In this document: one piece after another, positions 1 to 8,341 of the stretch | How the letters are laid out: every line of letters begins with the position of its first letter | How positions within the stretch are numbered: position 1 is the stretch's first letter | DNA from: an uncultured Gammaproteobacteria bacterium | GTDB lineage: Bacteria > Patescibacteriota > Microgenomatia > Levybacterales > UBA12049 | Direction of reading: 5' to 3' | Length of the DNA stretch: 64,000 nt | Assembly: GCA_964497535.1 (NCBI GenBank) | Contig: CAZCCG010000004.1 | Span: 15,218 to 79,217 of the forward strand | The notes under the pieces: model-generated | Seen by the model: only the letters and a program-made list of their open reading frames with translations | Database searches by the model: none | Told to the model about the DNA's origin: nothing | Translations under genes and position numbers: made by a program

Positions 1-765
1 ACTATCCAGTATTTTGGGAAAGATTTACACACAAATAGAGAAGAGATTTTAGAACATGTTAATTTTTCCTCTACCTATACCAACCTTCCCTGGGTAATGA
101 CTGTTAAAGAGTGTCTGACTTTTATTTCTTATCTCTATGATATCCCTCACCGGAAACAAAGAATTGAAAAGATCACTAATATTTTTCAGATCGATTCATT
201 ACTGAATAAACAAATGAGTGAATTATCAGCTGGACAAAAGACGCGTGTCAATCTGGCAAAATCTCTCCTCAATTACCCGAGAGTTCTTTTGCTTGATGAA
301 CCTACTGCCTCTTTAGACCCTGATATAGCAGGATATATTCGAGACTTTTTAGTAAATCAAAGAGAAAAATTTCAAATGTCTATTATTATTACTTCTCACA
401 ATATGAATGAGGTAGAAGAAATTTGCGATCGTGTAGTTTTTATAAACAAAGGGCAGGTCATTGCAGACGATAAACCTGATATCTTGGCAAAAAAGATCGA
501 TGTTAGCCATATTGAACTTCTGGTAAGTAAAGGCTCCGCAGATCTTATCCAATACTGTAAGGATAAAAAGCTTGCATATCATAAAGAAGGCCATTTTATT
601 ATTATTGATGTGCCTGAAAAACAAATTGCGAAATTTCTCCATGAAATAGTGACGGCGGGAATTACGTATGATGAGATAAGTATTGAAAAACCAACTCTTG
701 AAGACTACTTTTTACAAGTAGCTCAACAGAGTCACAAAAAAAGCGAGAAGGAGGATAAAATATGA
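1..765 (+). CDS. ABC transporter ATP-binding protein, 5'-partial (reading frame open to the window start)
   Basis: ABC signature-like 'LSAGQ' followed by Walker B 'LLLDEPTASLDP' and an H-loop. The frame has no stop upstream of the ATG at 97. The stop overlaps the next gene by ATGA. Confidence 0.85.
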   Translation, partial: TIQYFGKDLHTNREEILEHVNFSSTYTNLPWVMTVKECLTFISYLYDIPHRKQRIEKITNIFQIDSLLNKQMSELSAGQKTRVNLAKSLLNYPRVLLLDEPTASLDPDIAGYIRDFLVNQREKFQMSIIITSHNMNEVEEICDRVVFINKGQVIADDKPDILAKKIDVSHIELLVSKGSADLIQYCKDKKLAYHKEGHFIIIDVPEKQIAKFLHEIVTAGITYDEISIEKPTLEDYFLQVAQQSHKKSEKEDKI

Positions 766-1547
766 AACTACATCGTATTTTCGGAGTCATTCTTCGATTT
801 CTCTATCAGTTTCGTCATAGCTATGATCGGCTGTCTGATGCGTTTTATTGGCCAACGATGGATTTATTGTTATGGGGACTCACCAGCGCATATTTCACCA
901 CCTATGTTCCCAACCAGTCTCATTTTATCACTATTATTGTATCTGGAATTTTATTGTGGCTTATTGTTTGGCGCGCTCAATATGAAATTACAGTCGGTGT
1001 TTTATCTGATTTGTGGGATAAAAATTTTATCAATATGTTTATCTCTCCGCTCACCTTTTCTGAATGGCTCATTTCTTTTGTTATCATAGGTCTTATTAAA
1101 GGCCTCGTCAGCATCCTTTTTGCTATGGGTGTCGCGTTCTTATTATATAAAGTGCAGATATTCTTCTATGGATTTTATTTTATTCCATTTCTCATATTAC
1201 TTTTTATGACAGGATGGTGGGTTGGATTTTTTGTAGCAGGTATTATTATTCGATACGGTACTAAAATTCAAACACTTGCTTGGTCTGTTGTAGCACTTCT
1301 TATGCCTTTCTCAGCAATCTATTATCCATTATCGATCTTGCCAAAGTGGGCACAACAGGTATCACTTTTTATCCCAACGAGTTATGTTTTTGAAGGATCA
1401 CGGCAAATAATTCAACATAAAACACTTGATATGAATATGCTTCTTATAAGTTTTGTCATTAATCTCATTTACTTAATATTATCAATTTGGTTTCTAAAAA
1501 GAAGTTTCAACTGCATGTTAAATAAAGGATTAGCAAACTTAAGCTAA
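762..1547 (+). CDS. ABC-2 type transporter permease
   Basis: 261 aa, six hydrophobic helices, 4-bp overlap with the upstream ATPase gene. Confidence 0.75.
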   Translation: MKLHRIFGVILRFLYQFRHSYDRLSDAFYWPTMDLLLWGLTSAYFTTYVPNQSHFITIIVSGILLWLIVWRAQYEITVGVLSDLWDKNFINMFISPLTFSEWLISFVIIGLIKGLVSILFAMGVAFLLYKVQIFFYGFYFIPFLILLFMTGWWVGFFVAGIIIRYGTKIQTLAWSVVALLMPFSAIYYPLSILPKWAQQVSLFIPTSYVFEGSRQIIQHKTLDMNMLLISFVINLIYLILSIWFLKRSFNCMLNKGLANLS

Positions 1548-1565
1548 TCTTGTTATAATCCTCTT

Positions 1566-2021
1566 ATGACAAAGAAACAGCTTCAAGAAGAACTCAAACA
1601 ATCAATGCTGGCAAAAACTGCTGTTAAAACTTCTGTGCTGCGTATGCTTCTGTCGGCAATCGGTTATTATGAAATCCAAAAAGGAGGCGCCGGATACGTC
1701 GCCACCGAGGAAGATGTTTTGACCATTATTCAGAGAGAAGCAAAGCAGAGAAAAGATTCAATTGAGCAATTCCAAAAAGCGGGACGCCAAGATTTGGTTG
1801 ATAAAGAACAAAGTGAACTTGAAATGTTACAAACTTATTTGCCGGCTCAAATGGATGAGGCACAAATTCGGGTCCTTGTCAAAGAAGCAATTCATCAAAC
1901 AGGAGCAACATCAGCACAAGATATGGGGAAAATCATGGGTGCTTTGATGCCAAAAGTCAAAGGGAAAGCAGATGGAAATCTTGTCAACAAAATCGTCCGC
2001 GAACACCTCCAACCAGCATAA
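1566..2021 (+). CDS. GatB/YqeY domain protein
   Basis: 151 aa. N-terminus 'MTKKQL..LKQSMLAK..VLRMLLSAIGYYEI' is typical of the YqeY family. Confidence 0.8.
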   Translation: MTKKQLQEELKQSMLAKTAVKTSVLRMLLSAIGYYEIQKGGAGYVATEEDVLTIIQREAKQRKDSIEQFQKAGRQDLVDKEQSELEMLQTYLPAQMDEAQIRVLVKEAIHQTGATSAQDMGKIMGALMPKVKGKADGNLVNKIVREHLQPA

Positions 2022-2049
2022 TAGGGAATGGCATAGAGCATATGGGTAA

Positions 2050-2098
2050 AACTATACGCTATACGCTAATAACTAAACGCTATTCGTCGCTTTACGCT
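2050..2098. repeat. Copy A of a dispersed ACGCT-unit repeat ('aactatacgctatacgctaataactaaacgct...tacgcttc')
   Basis: Seen directly. Four to five (A/T)ACGCT units lie between the convergent yqeY and secF ends and run into the last ~8 codons of secF. Confidence 0.55.
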
Positions 2099-2987
2099 TC
2101 CTACCCAGCTCATCCCATAAAACCAGAAGTGGAGCTGCGTTAAAGATTGAGGAATAAGTACCTGAAATTACTCCTACAAGAAGAGCTACAATAAACCATT
2201 TTGTGCTTTCCCCTCCAAACAGAAGAAGTGTCAACAAAACCAAAATAACCGTAAGTGAAGTATTCAAAGAACGACCTAATGTTTGAATAATTGATTCATT
2301 TACAACTTTTGCAAAAGATATACCTGGCATGCGGCGTAAATTTTCTCGAATACGATCAAACACAACAATTGTATCGTGGACAGAAAATCCGATCACCGTC
2401 AAAATAGCGGTTACGAACAAGCTATCTATTTCTACATTGAAAAAATGCCCAAGAAGTGAGAAAACTCCCAATAATATCAATACATCATGTAAAAGAGCTA
2501 CAATTGCGCAAATACCAAATCGGATACTACTGGCAGGTTTGGGAACTTTTCGAAATGACCAAGCGATAAAAAGTACAATAAGAACCGATGAAAGAACTAC
2601 TGCTTTGATGGCATTTATTGTCGTTTCGCTACCCACTGTTGGTCCAACCGTTTCAAAACTTACCTCGTGGCTTCCAGGGAATTTGGTAGCAATATTTGTA
2701 GTAATTTGCTTATTTTTCAAAGGTGTGACTTCCTTGGATCGAATAATATACGTTCCTGATCCTGTTTTTTGAATGCCACTTACTTCAATTTTTTGTTTTT
2801 GTAGTTGTGCAGTTATTTCAGTTTTAACTACATTTTCATTTTTATTTAGAATTTGGAACTCCATTCGGCTCCCTCCTACAAAGTCAATGGATGGTTTTAG
2901 CCCAAAAAGAACAAGAGAAATAGTCCCCGGAATAATAACCAGCAGGGAAATGATGAAATAAAGATTTTTTTTACCAATTATGTCCAT
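2073..2987 (-). CDS. secF: Protein-export membrane protein SecF
   Basis: 304 aa with 'FVGGSRMEF' near the N-terminus and six TM helices. It sits immediately downstream of secD. Confidence 0.9.
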   Translation of the reverse strand: MDIIGKKNLYFIISLLVIIPGTISLVLFGLKPSIDFVGGSRMEFQILNKNENVVKTEITAQLQKQKIEVSGIQKTGSGTYIIRSKEVTPLKNKQITTNIATKFPGSHEVSFETVGPTVGSETTINAIKAVVLSSVLIVLFIAWSFRKVPKPASSIRFGICAIVALLHDVLILLGVFSLLGHFFNVEIDSLFVTAILTVIGFSVHDTIVVFDRIRENLRRMPGISFAKVVNESIIQTLGRSLNTSLTVILVLLTLLLFGGESTKWFIVALLVGVISGTYSSIFNAAPLLVLWDELGRKRKATNSV

Positions 2988-3091
2988 ACATTAAATTTAA
3001 AGCTAAAAATGAAAAGTTAAAAGTAAAGGTACTCAACTATAAATAAAAGTACCATAATTTTTAATTTTGCACTTTGATTTTTTAACTTTGT

Positions 3092-4420
3092 CTATCTATA
3101 GATTGTTCTCAAAAATGTCTTGGTTACTACAATTGCTGAAAACATTGATACCAACACTCCAATAGCCAACGTTAGCGCAAACCCTCTCACTATTCCAGTT
3201 CCGAATTGGAAAAGAATTGCACTGGTAATAAGACTTGAAATGTTGGAATCACGAATTGATGTCCATGCCCGTGAAAAACCAAGCTCAATTGCAACATGAC
3301 GGGATTTACCTGCTCGAAGCTCTTCTTTCATTCGTTCAAAAATGAGAATATTGGCATCCACTGCCATACCGATCGACAGAACAAAACCGGCAATTCCCGC
3401 AAGAGTAAGAGTTACAGGAACTAACTTAAAAATTGCCAAGATAAAAAGAGTATAAAGTATCAATGCAAAACTTGCTACCACTCCAAGTCTTCCATACAAA
3501 ACGACCATAAATATGACAACCACAATAAATCCTATAATCCCGGCAAATAAACTTTTCTCCAACGATGACTCGCCAAGCGTTGCACCAATCGTTTGCTGAT
3601 TTAAAAGCTTTAATGGAACACGCAACGAACCGGCATTTAAAAGTGTAGCCAGCTGGCTTACCTGAGCGCTGGTGAAATTACCACTTATTTGTCCGTTATC
3701 GCGAATCGGCTCTTGTACAACAGGGGCTGAAATTACCTGAGTATCTAGGAAAATAACCATGGGTTTTCCTACTAACTTTTGGGTATTATTAAAAAACTTT
3801 TGTTGGCTCTGGGGGATAACCTGAAACGTGACAACAGGCGCCCCGGTTTGTTGATTAAAAGATGCTTGCGCAGTTTTCAGATCAGCACCGGACAAACCGG
3901 TAGGTATCGTATTCTCCAGGGTTGGAAGAGCAGAGGTTGTTGCATCTTTCATCTGCCGAAATTCCAGTTTTGCAGTAGTTCCAACCAATCCTACTGCAGC
4001 ATTGAGATCTGTCACTCCTGGTAATTCTACAATGATTCGTTGCTGGTTATTAACGGTAGCCGTTTGGACCACCGGCTCAGATACTCCAAATAAATTAACC
4101 CGTCGTTCAATAACTGATTTTACACTTTCAATTGCAGCTTTTTGTTGATCTTTGGGAGTATCTTTCATGTCAGCTTGCAATGTTATACTTGTTCCTCCTT
4201 CAAGATCAAGACCTCTATGAAAAGAAAAATCACGAGAGATATGAACCATGTCCAAGATTGATTGAAAACCATACAGAGTAGTATTTATTGAGATTGGTTT
4301 TTGAATAAGAGGAATAGTTGTGCGAGAACGGATAGGCAATACCTGAGGCATATCAATAAGAATTGCCAAAACTGTTACTGCAATAATAATCCAAAAAAAG
4401 AGTCGAGGGTTGTTTTTCAT
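3092..4420 (-). CDS. secD: Protein-export membrane protein SecD
   Basis: 442 aa with an N-terminal TM, a large periplasmic domain and a C-terminal 6-TM bundle ('LDLEGGTSITLQ'). Confidence 0.9.
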   Translation of the reverse strand: MKNNPRLFFWIIIAVTVLAILIDMPQVLPIRSRTTIPLIQKPISINTTLYGFQSILDMVHISRDFSFHRGLDLEGGTSITLQADMKDTPKDQQKAAIESVKSVIERRVNLFGVSEPVVQTATVNNQQRIIVELPGVTDLNAAVGLVGTTAKLEFRQMKDATTSALPTLENTIPTGLSGADLKTAQASFNQQTGAPVVTFQVIPQSQQKFFNNTQKLVGKPMVIFLDTQVISAPVVQEPIRDNGQISGNFTSAQVSQLATLLNAGSLRVPLKLLNQQTIGATLGESSLEKSLFAGIIGFIVVVIFMVVLYGRLGVVASFALILYTLFILAIFKLVPVTLTLAGIAGFVLSIGMAVDANILIFERMKEELRAGKSRHVAIELGFSRAWTSIRDSNISSLITSAILFQFGTGIVRGFALTLAIGVLVSMFSAIVVTKTFLRTIYR

Positions 4421-4992
4421 GAGAGCATTGTTTCTTCATCTCCAATGATCATTACTCTGGAGCCGTAAATAATAGAATAAATAAATGGGTCACTTTTTTT
4501 CTTTCGGAAATTAAATTCATCTTCTGTCATTGCCGTATAGTTGATTTCTCTACTAATTCTATTCTCTTCATTTCGAACCAGTAATGCGAGTTCGGGTAAA
4601 ACTACGGTGCCTACAATAAGAAGGTCAACATCTTCTGCTTTCTTTTTGATTCTTCTGGCGAATCGACCGGAAAACATTACATATTTGAGTCTCCCCAGTT
4701 TGGATCTGTTTTTTAAAATATCTGCTCCCAGACCTAACGTTTTTACTCCAAGATATAGTAAATCAAAGTAAAACGGATAATCTTTATTGAAAAAATAATA
4801 GAGTCTATTGGCTCGCTGTTCGTGTTTGAGAATCCCCTTTTTCTCCAAAAAAGCCAGTTCACGACGCACTGCATTAATTTCATCATCAGTTCTCCGCACC
4901 AATTCGCGCACATGAAACATCTCATACGGAAACGTAAGAAAAACATTGAGCAGTTTTACTCTAGATTTCGATGTAATTAAATCTGCAAACAT
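4417..4992 (-). CDS. Winged-helix DNA-binding domain protein with a C-terminal nucleotidyltransferase-like region; function unknown
   Basis: 191 aa. wHTH-like N-terminus 'VRELVRRTDDEINAVRRELAFLEKKGIL'. Its stop overlaps the secD start by 4 bp. Confidence 0.45.
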   Translation of the reverse strand: MFADLITSKSRVKLLNVFLTFPYEMFHVRELVRRTDDEINAVRRELAFLEKKGILKHEQRANRLYYFFNKDYPFYFDLLYLGVKTLGLGADILKNRSKLGRLKYVMFSGRFARRIKKKAEDVDLLIVGTVVLPELALLVRNEENRISREINYTAMTEDEFNFRKKKSDPFIYSIIYGSRVMIIGDEETMLS

Positions 4993-5079
4993 ATATGTCG
5001 GCCCCCTTTATATTCAAGAGCCGCATTCCCGAAGAGAAGGCAGGGGTAAACCGGTAACATGCTATGGGGACAATAGATG

Positions 5080-6249
5080 TTACTGTACGTCTATCACTCC
5101 ATCGGTAGGCATAATCTCAAACCACATTTTACCACGTTCAAACTTAATTGGCGAGCCGCTATTATCATATATCAATGTTCTGGCCGTGCGTGAAGCTTTT
5201 TTCCATGTTCCTTTTATCTGCTTCCCATCCATAAAGATGTATGCTTTCCCTGTCCCTGTGGTATCAAAAAGTAAATGAGCATTATTTTCATAGCCATCAT
5301 CCGCATGAGTCTGATCCATTGAAAGCACTACTACATCACGGGCACTTAACTGTTTATTGGTATCTTTATCAATATGGGCAACTCCACCATTTGAGCGCAT
5401 ATATAATCCAGTTTTGGGATCATATTTCCAGTCCACAAAGTATGCTTTATATCCTGACCAGAACTCCAGATGAATTAATTGCTGATTCGTCCCTTTTGTG
5501 CCATCTTCAAACGTATAAGGAACGAAATCCTGATTCCATAATGCTCCTGTTTTATCTACGTTGGTGAGATTTCTCTTTTTTGCGGCAAAATCCCACAGTT
5601 TTGAGGTAGTGGAATACATAGTATGCTCGGTAGCCGTATCATGACCTAATCTATCGTAATCTCTCCAAAATGTTGGGAAGCCGATTGAAAATTGATTTAG
5701 GTCGTTATATCCTGCCCAACCATACTCTTCAATTTGTCCCAAAGCATCTGCCGGTCCAGGTGTATTTGCCCCTCCTACATGAGCATAGAGCGGATATGCA
5801 CCATATTCTGAAATCCAATCCAAGAAATATGTTCGGGCTGACCGTACCGGGCCTACCTGTCCCCCGTCTTGGCAATAGAATACATTCAGGGTACGGGTAA
5901 TTCCTCCCTCTGCTACTGTTTCATAGGTAATATCCGCAAATGAAATTCCCGATTGTGGCCTGGCATCTTCATGGTTTTCAATCATGATTCCCAATGGACG
6001 GTGGTTACTCCACCAATCTTTTTGCTCTTTTGAATACTGTACCCCATTTATGGGACATGACTCTGTTTTTGGAGCATTTTCATCAAAAGTGACTCTCCCG
6101 TCGGTTCCTTTTTTCAGGGGAGAGGTAGGATTACTGGTCACATTTGTTGTAGGCTTACCCGGTCTTGAAAAGACGAGATAAGAGATACCAACACAAAGCA
6201 GATATGTAATAACCATAATTACTCCCAATACTAATTTTCTATTCTTCAT
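5080..6249 (-). CDS. DUF3048 (YerB-like) domain lipoprotein/secreted protein
   Basis: 389 aa with a signal anchor and 'RPLGIMIENHEDARPQSGIS', which is characteristic of DUF3048. Confidence 0.7.
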   Translation of the reverse strand: MKNRKLVLGVIMVITYLLCVGISYLVFSRPGKPTTNVTSNPTSPLKKGTDGRVTFDENAPKTESCPINGVQYSKEQKDWWSNHRPLGIMIENHEDARPQSGISFADITYETVAEGGITRTLNVFYCQDGGQVGPVRSARTYFLDWISEYGAYPLYAHVGGANTPGPADALGQIEEYGWAGYNDLNQFSIGFPTFWRDYDRLGHDTATEHTMYSTTSKLWDFAAKKRNLTNVDKTGALWNQDFVPYTFEDGTKGTNQQLIHLEFWSGYKAYFVDWKYDPKTGLYMRSNGGVAHIDKDTNKQLSARDVVVLSMDQTHADDGYENNAHLLFDTTGTGKAYIFMDGKQIKGTWKKASRTARTLIYDNSGSPIKFERGKMWFEIMPTDGVIDVQ

Positions 6250-6709
6250 CTTTTTGTATTTGTTTTAAAGCCTTTTGCTCCTCTACTGATAATTCGTGTG
6301 GTGTACCTTTTCCTTCAGTGACTTGTTTGGCATACCATCTCGTGCCTGACCGTGAGTAAAGACTGGAAATAATAACTCCTGTATTTTTCTTATCGACAAA
6401 GGCTAACGTAAAACTTTGATCTCCTCCGGTATCTTTAAATGGATTAAATCGTAATAATCCTACTTTTTGCAAATGTGACACCCCATCTTTTTCAATTTTA
6501 TCACACCAGAGCTTAAGAGAGTCAATATCCTTTTGTGTTACTTCTCCTTGTTTGAGCAGGTGATTTAAAACATTCGTCAATGTTTTGTTGGAGATATCTT
6601 TTGTAAGGTTATTATAGTGAGATTGCTGCAGCCAAACAAAAATACTCAGGGCAAGAAGCCACAAAAAAATAACACCAACGATAACAACGGGGATAATATT
6701 CTCAGGCAT
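6239..6709 (-). CDS. Membrane-anchored DUF4446-like protein
   Basis: 156 aa with an N-terminal TM and the motif 'LLRFNPFKDTGGDQSFTLAFVD..GVIISSLYSR'. Confidence 0.5.
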   Translation of the reverse strand: MPENIIPVVIVGVIFLWLLALSIFVWLQQSHYNNLTKDISNKTLTNVLNHLLKQGEVTQKDIDSLKLWCDKIEKDGVSHLQKVGLLRFNPFKDTGGDQSFTLAFVDKKNTGVIISSLYSRSGTRWYAKQVTEGKGTPHELSVEEQKALKQIQKDEE

Positions 6710-6731
6710 AGTGTTGCTTTATAGTAGCCTC

Positions 6732-6760
6732 TTGACAGGCTCGTGTCAATAGTGTAATCT
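6732..6760 (+). promoter_or_regulatory. Sigma70-like promoter: TTGACA, 17-nt spacer, TAATCT
   Basis: Seen in sequence. The -10 ends about 13 nt before the ATG at 6774, so the leader is very short. Confidence 0.35.
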
Positions 6761-6773
6761 TTTGCGTATTGCC

Positions 6774-7079
6774 ATGAGTAGACGAAAAAAAACGCGCGAG
6801 CAAAAAAAGATTGCGGACCTGAGAAAAAAACTACAAGAACAAACTTCTCCATCAGTCATGCAAACAAAGGCGTCAGGGCTGCCTTCCCAACCAATGGTAC
6901 GCTATAACATTCCTTTAGCCATAAAGAAAGACTCCTTATATAGCCCTTCATCCTACGTAACAATTGTCCATGATGTGCGTAAAACCTTTCTATTAACAAC
7001 TTCTATAATAACTGTTGAACTGATTCTCTTCTTCTTATTGACACATCATATTGTTACAATTCCAATGCTACGGTATTGA
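6774..7079 (+). CDS. Hypothetical small protein with a basic N-terminus and one C-terminal TM helix
   Basis: The ORF-track ORF 6762..7079 starts with TTG. The first ATG is at 6774, which gives 101 aa, with the promoter-like element directly upstream. No homology was recognised. Confidence 0.3.
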   Translation: MSRRKKTREQKKIADLRKKLQEQTSPSVMQTKASGLPSQPMVRYNIPLAIKKDSLYSPSSYVTIVHDVRKTFLLTTSIITVELILFFLLTHHIVTIPMLRY

Positions 7080-7112
7080 GAGTATATACCTTGAAAGGGG
7101 GTGAATGTTTAT

Positions 7113-7256
7113 ATGGCAACTATGTATTGCGTAAAATGCAGAGCAAAAAAAGAAGACCCAGATGCACAAAAAGTAACCATGAAAAATGGAAAACCTGCTC
7201 TGAAAGGAAAGTGCCCAACTTGTGGCACAGCAATGTTTAAGATCGGAGCAAAGTAA
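7113..7256 (+). CDS. DUF5679-like zinc-ribbon small protein, 47 aa, CxxC...CxxC (absent from the ORF track because it is under 60 aa)
   Basis: Translation is MATMYCVKCRAKKEDPDAQKVTMKNGKPALKGKCPTCGTAMFKIGAK. A strong SD 'AAAGGGGGTGA' lies 9 nt upstream, and hairpins and a terminator follow. Confidence 0.65.
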   Translation: MATMYCVKCRAKKEDPDAQKVTMKNGKPALKGKCPTCGTAMFKIGAK

Positions 7257-7282
7257 GCTTTCATCTTTTACATTCTTGAAAA

Positions 7283-7335
7283 CCCACTCGAGTGGAAACT
7301 TCAAGATAATAAAAACCCCCGTCTTGGGGGTTTTT
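7283..7335. terminator. Palindrome CCACTCGAGTGG followed by an intrinsic terminator AAAAACCCCC-GTCTT-GGGGG-TTTTT, functional on both strands
   Basis: A GC stem flanked by A and T runs lies between convergent genes. These are the DUF5679 gene on the plus strand and korB on the minus strand. Confidence 0.6.
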
Positions 7336-7365
7336 AGTTTGATTCCAAACTTTTAAGAAAAGAAA

Positions 7366-8259
7366 TTAACGAAGTTCTTCAAAAAGAGGATTGATGTCGA
7401 TTGGTTCAATCGATTGTTTGACCAATGGTGTTTGGGCAATTTGGGGGATGCCGTCTTCCCAGGTCGGTCTTTCTTCTACATAAAAGATGCCTGTTGGAAC
7501 CCGTTCTTTTGTTCCTTCGGGCAGCGGACGTTTCAATGGCCATTCTTCTGCTCTTGCAAATGCCTTTGTTTTGTCATGTGGATCATGTCCTTCATTTTCT
7601 ATCTTGTATATCCTTTCATAAAACCATGCGAAAGTATTTTTGTGATTGAAGGTTACACAAGGCTGCATAGAATCAACAATTGAAAAACCTTTATGTTGTA
7701 TGGCTGCACTCAAAAGCTCAGTCTCTTGTTTATTATCTCCTGCAAATCCCCGAGCTACAAAGGTAGCGCCAGCAGAAAGAGTCAATGACAATGGATCAAT
7801 AGGTGCTTCCACAGTTGGTACTGGCGTGGCTTTGTTTGATACTCCAATATCGGTTGCCGGCGAATATTGCCCGGTCGTCAAACCATAGATCTGGTTGTTA
7901 TGAACAAGCAGCGTCAGATTTACATTTCTTCGTGCCGCATGCATTAAATGTCCCAAGCCTTCTCCGTACTGATCCCCATCTCCACCGATAACAATAACCG
8001 TTAACCCATTGTTTGCCAATCTAATACCTTCAGCAACGGGCATAGGACGACCGTGTAAGCCGTTAAATCCGAACGTTTTTACCCAATAGGGCAATTTACT
8101 CGAACAACCAATTCCGGAGATCAATACGACCTCCCAGGGGTTGAGATTCAGTTGGACAATAGCATTTTTGAGAGAAACCCAAATTCCAAAGTCTCCACAT
8201 CCCGGACACCAGTTTGGTTTGTCATAGGTAATTGTTAAATCCTGTAATGTTGTTGCCAT
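7366..8259 (-). CDS. korB: 2-oxoacid:ferredoxin oxidoreductase beta subunit (TPP-binding; KorB/PorB type)
   Basis: 297 aa with 'CPGCGDFG' and the TPP motif 'IGGDGDQYGEG'. Confidence 0.9.
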   Translation of the reverse strand: MATTLQDLTITYDKPNWCPGCGDFGIWVSLKNAIVQLNLNPWEVVLISGIGCSSKLPYWVKTFGFNGLHGRPMPVAEGIRLANNGLTVIVIGGDGDQYGEGLGHLMHAARRNVNLTLLVHNNQIYGLTTGQYSPATDIGVSNKATPVPTVEAPIDPLSLTLSAGATFVARGFAGDNKQETELLSAAIQHKGFSIVDSMQPCVTFNHKNTFAWFYERIYKIENEGHDPHDKTKAFARAEEWPLKRPLPEGTKERVPTGIFYVEERPTWEDGIPQIAQTPLVKQSIEPIDINPLFEELR

Positions 8260-8341
8260 AAGAGTAAATTGTTTTGGGTTATAGGTTCATTGTTCATTGC
8301 TACTATGAACTCTGAACACAGAACTCATAATTGACTTATTT

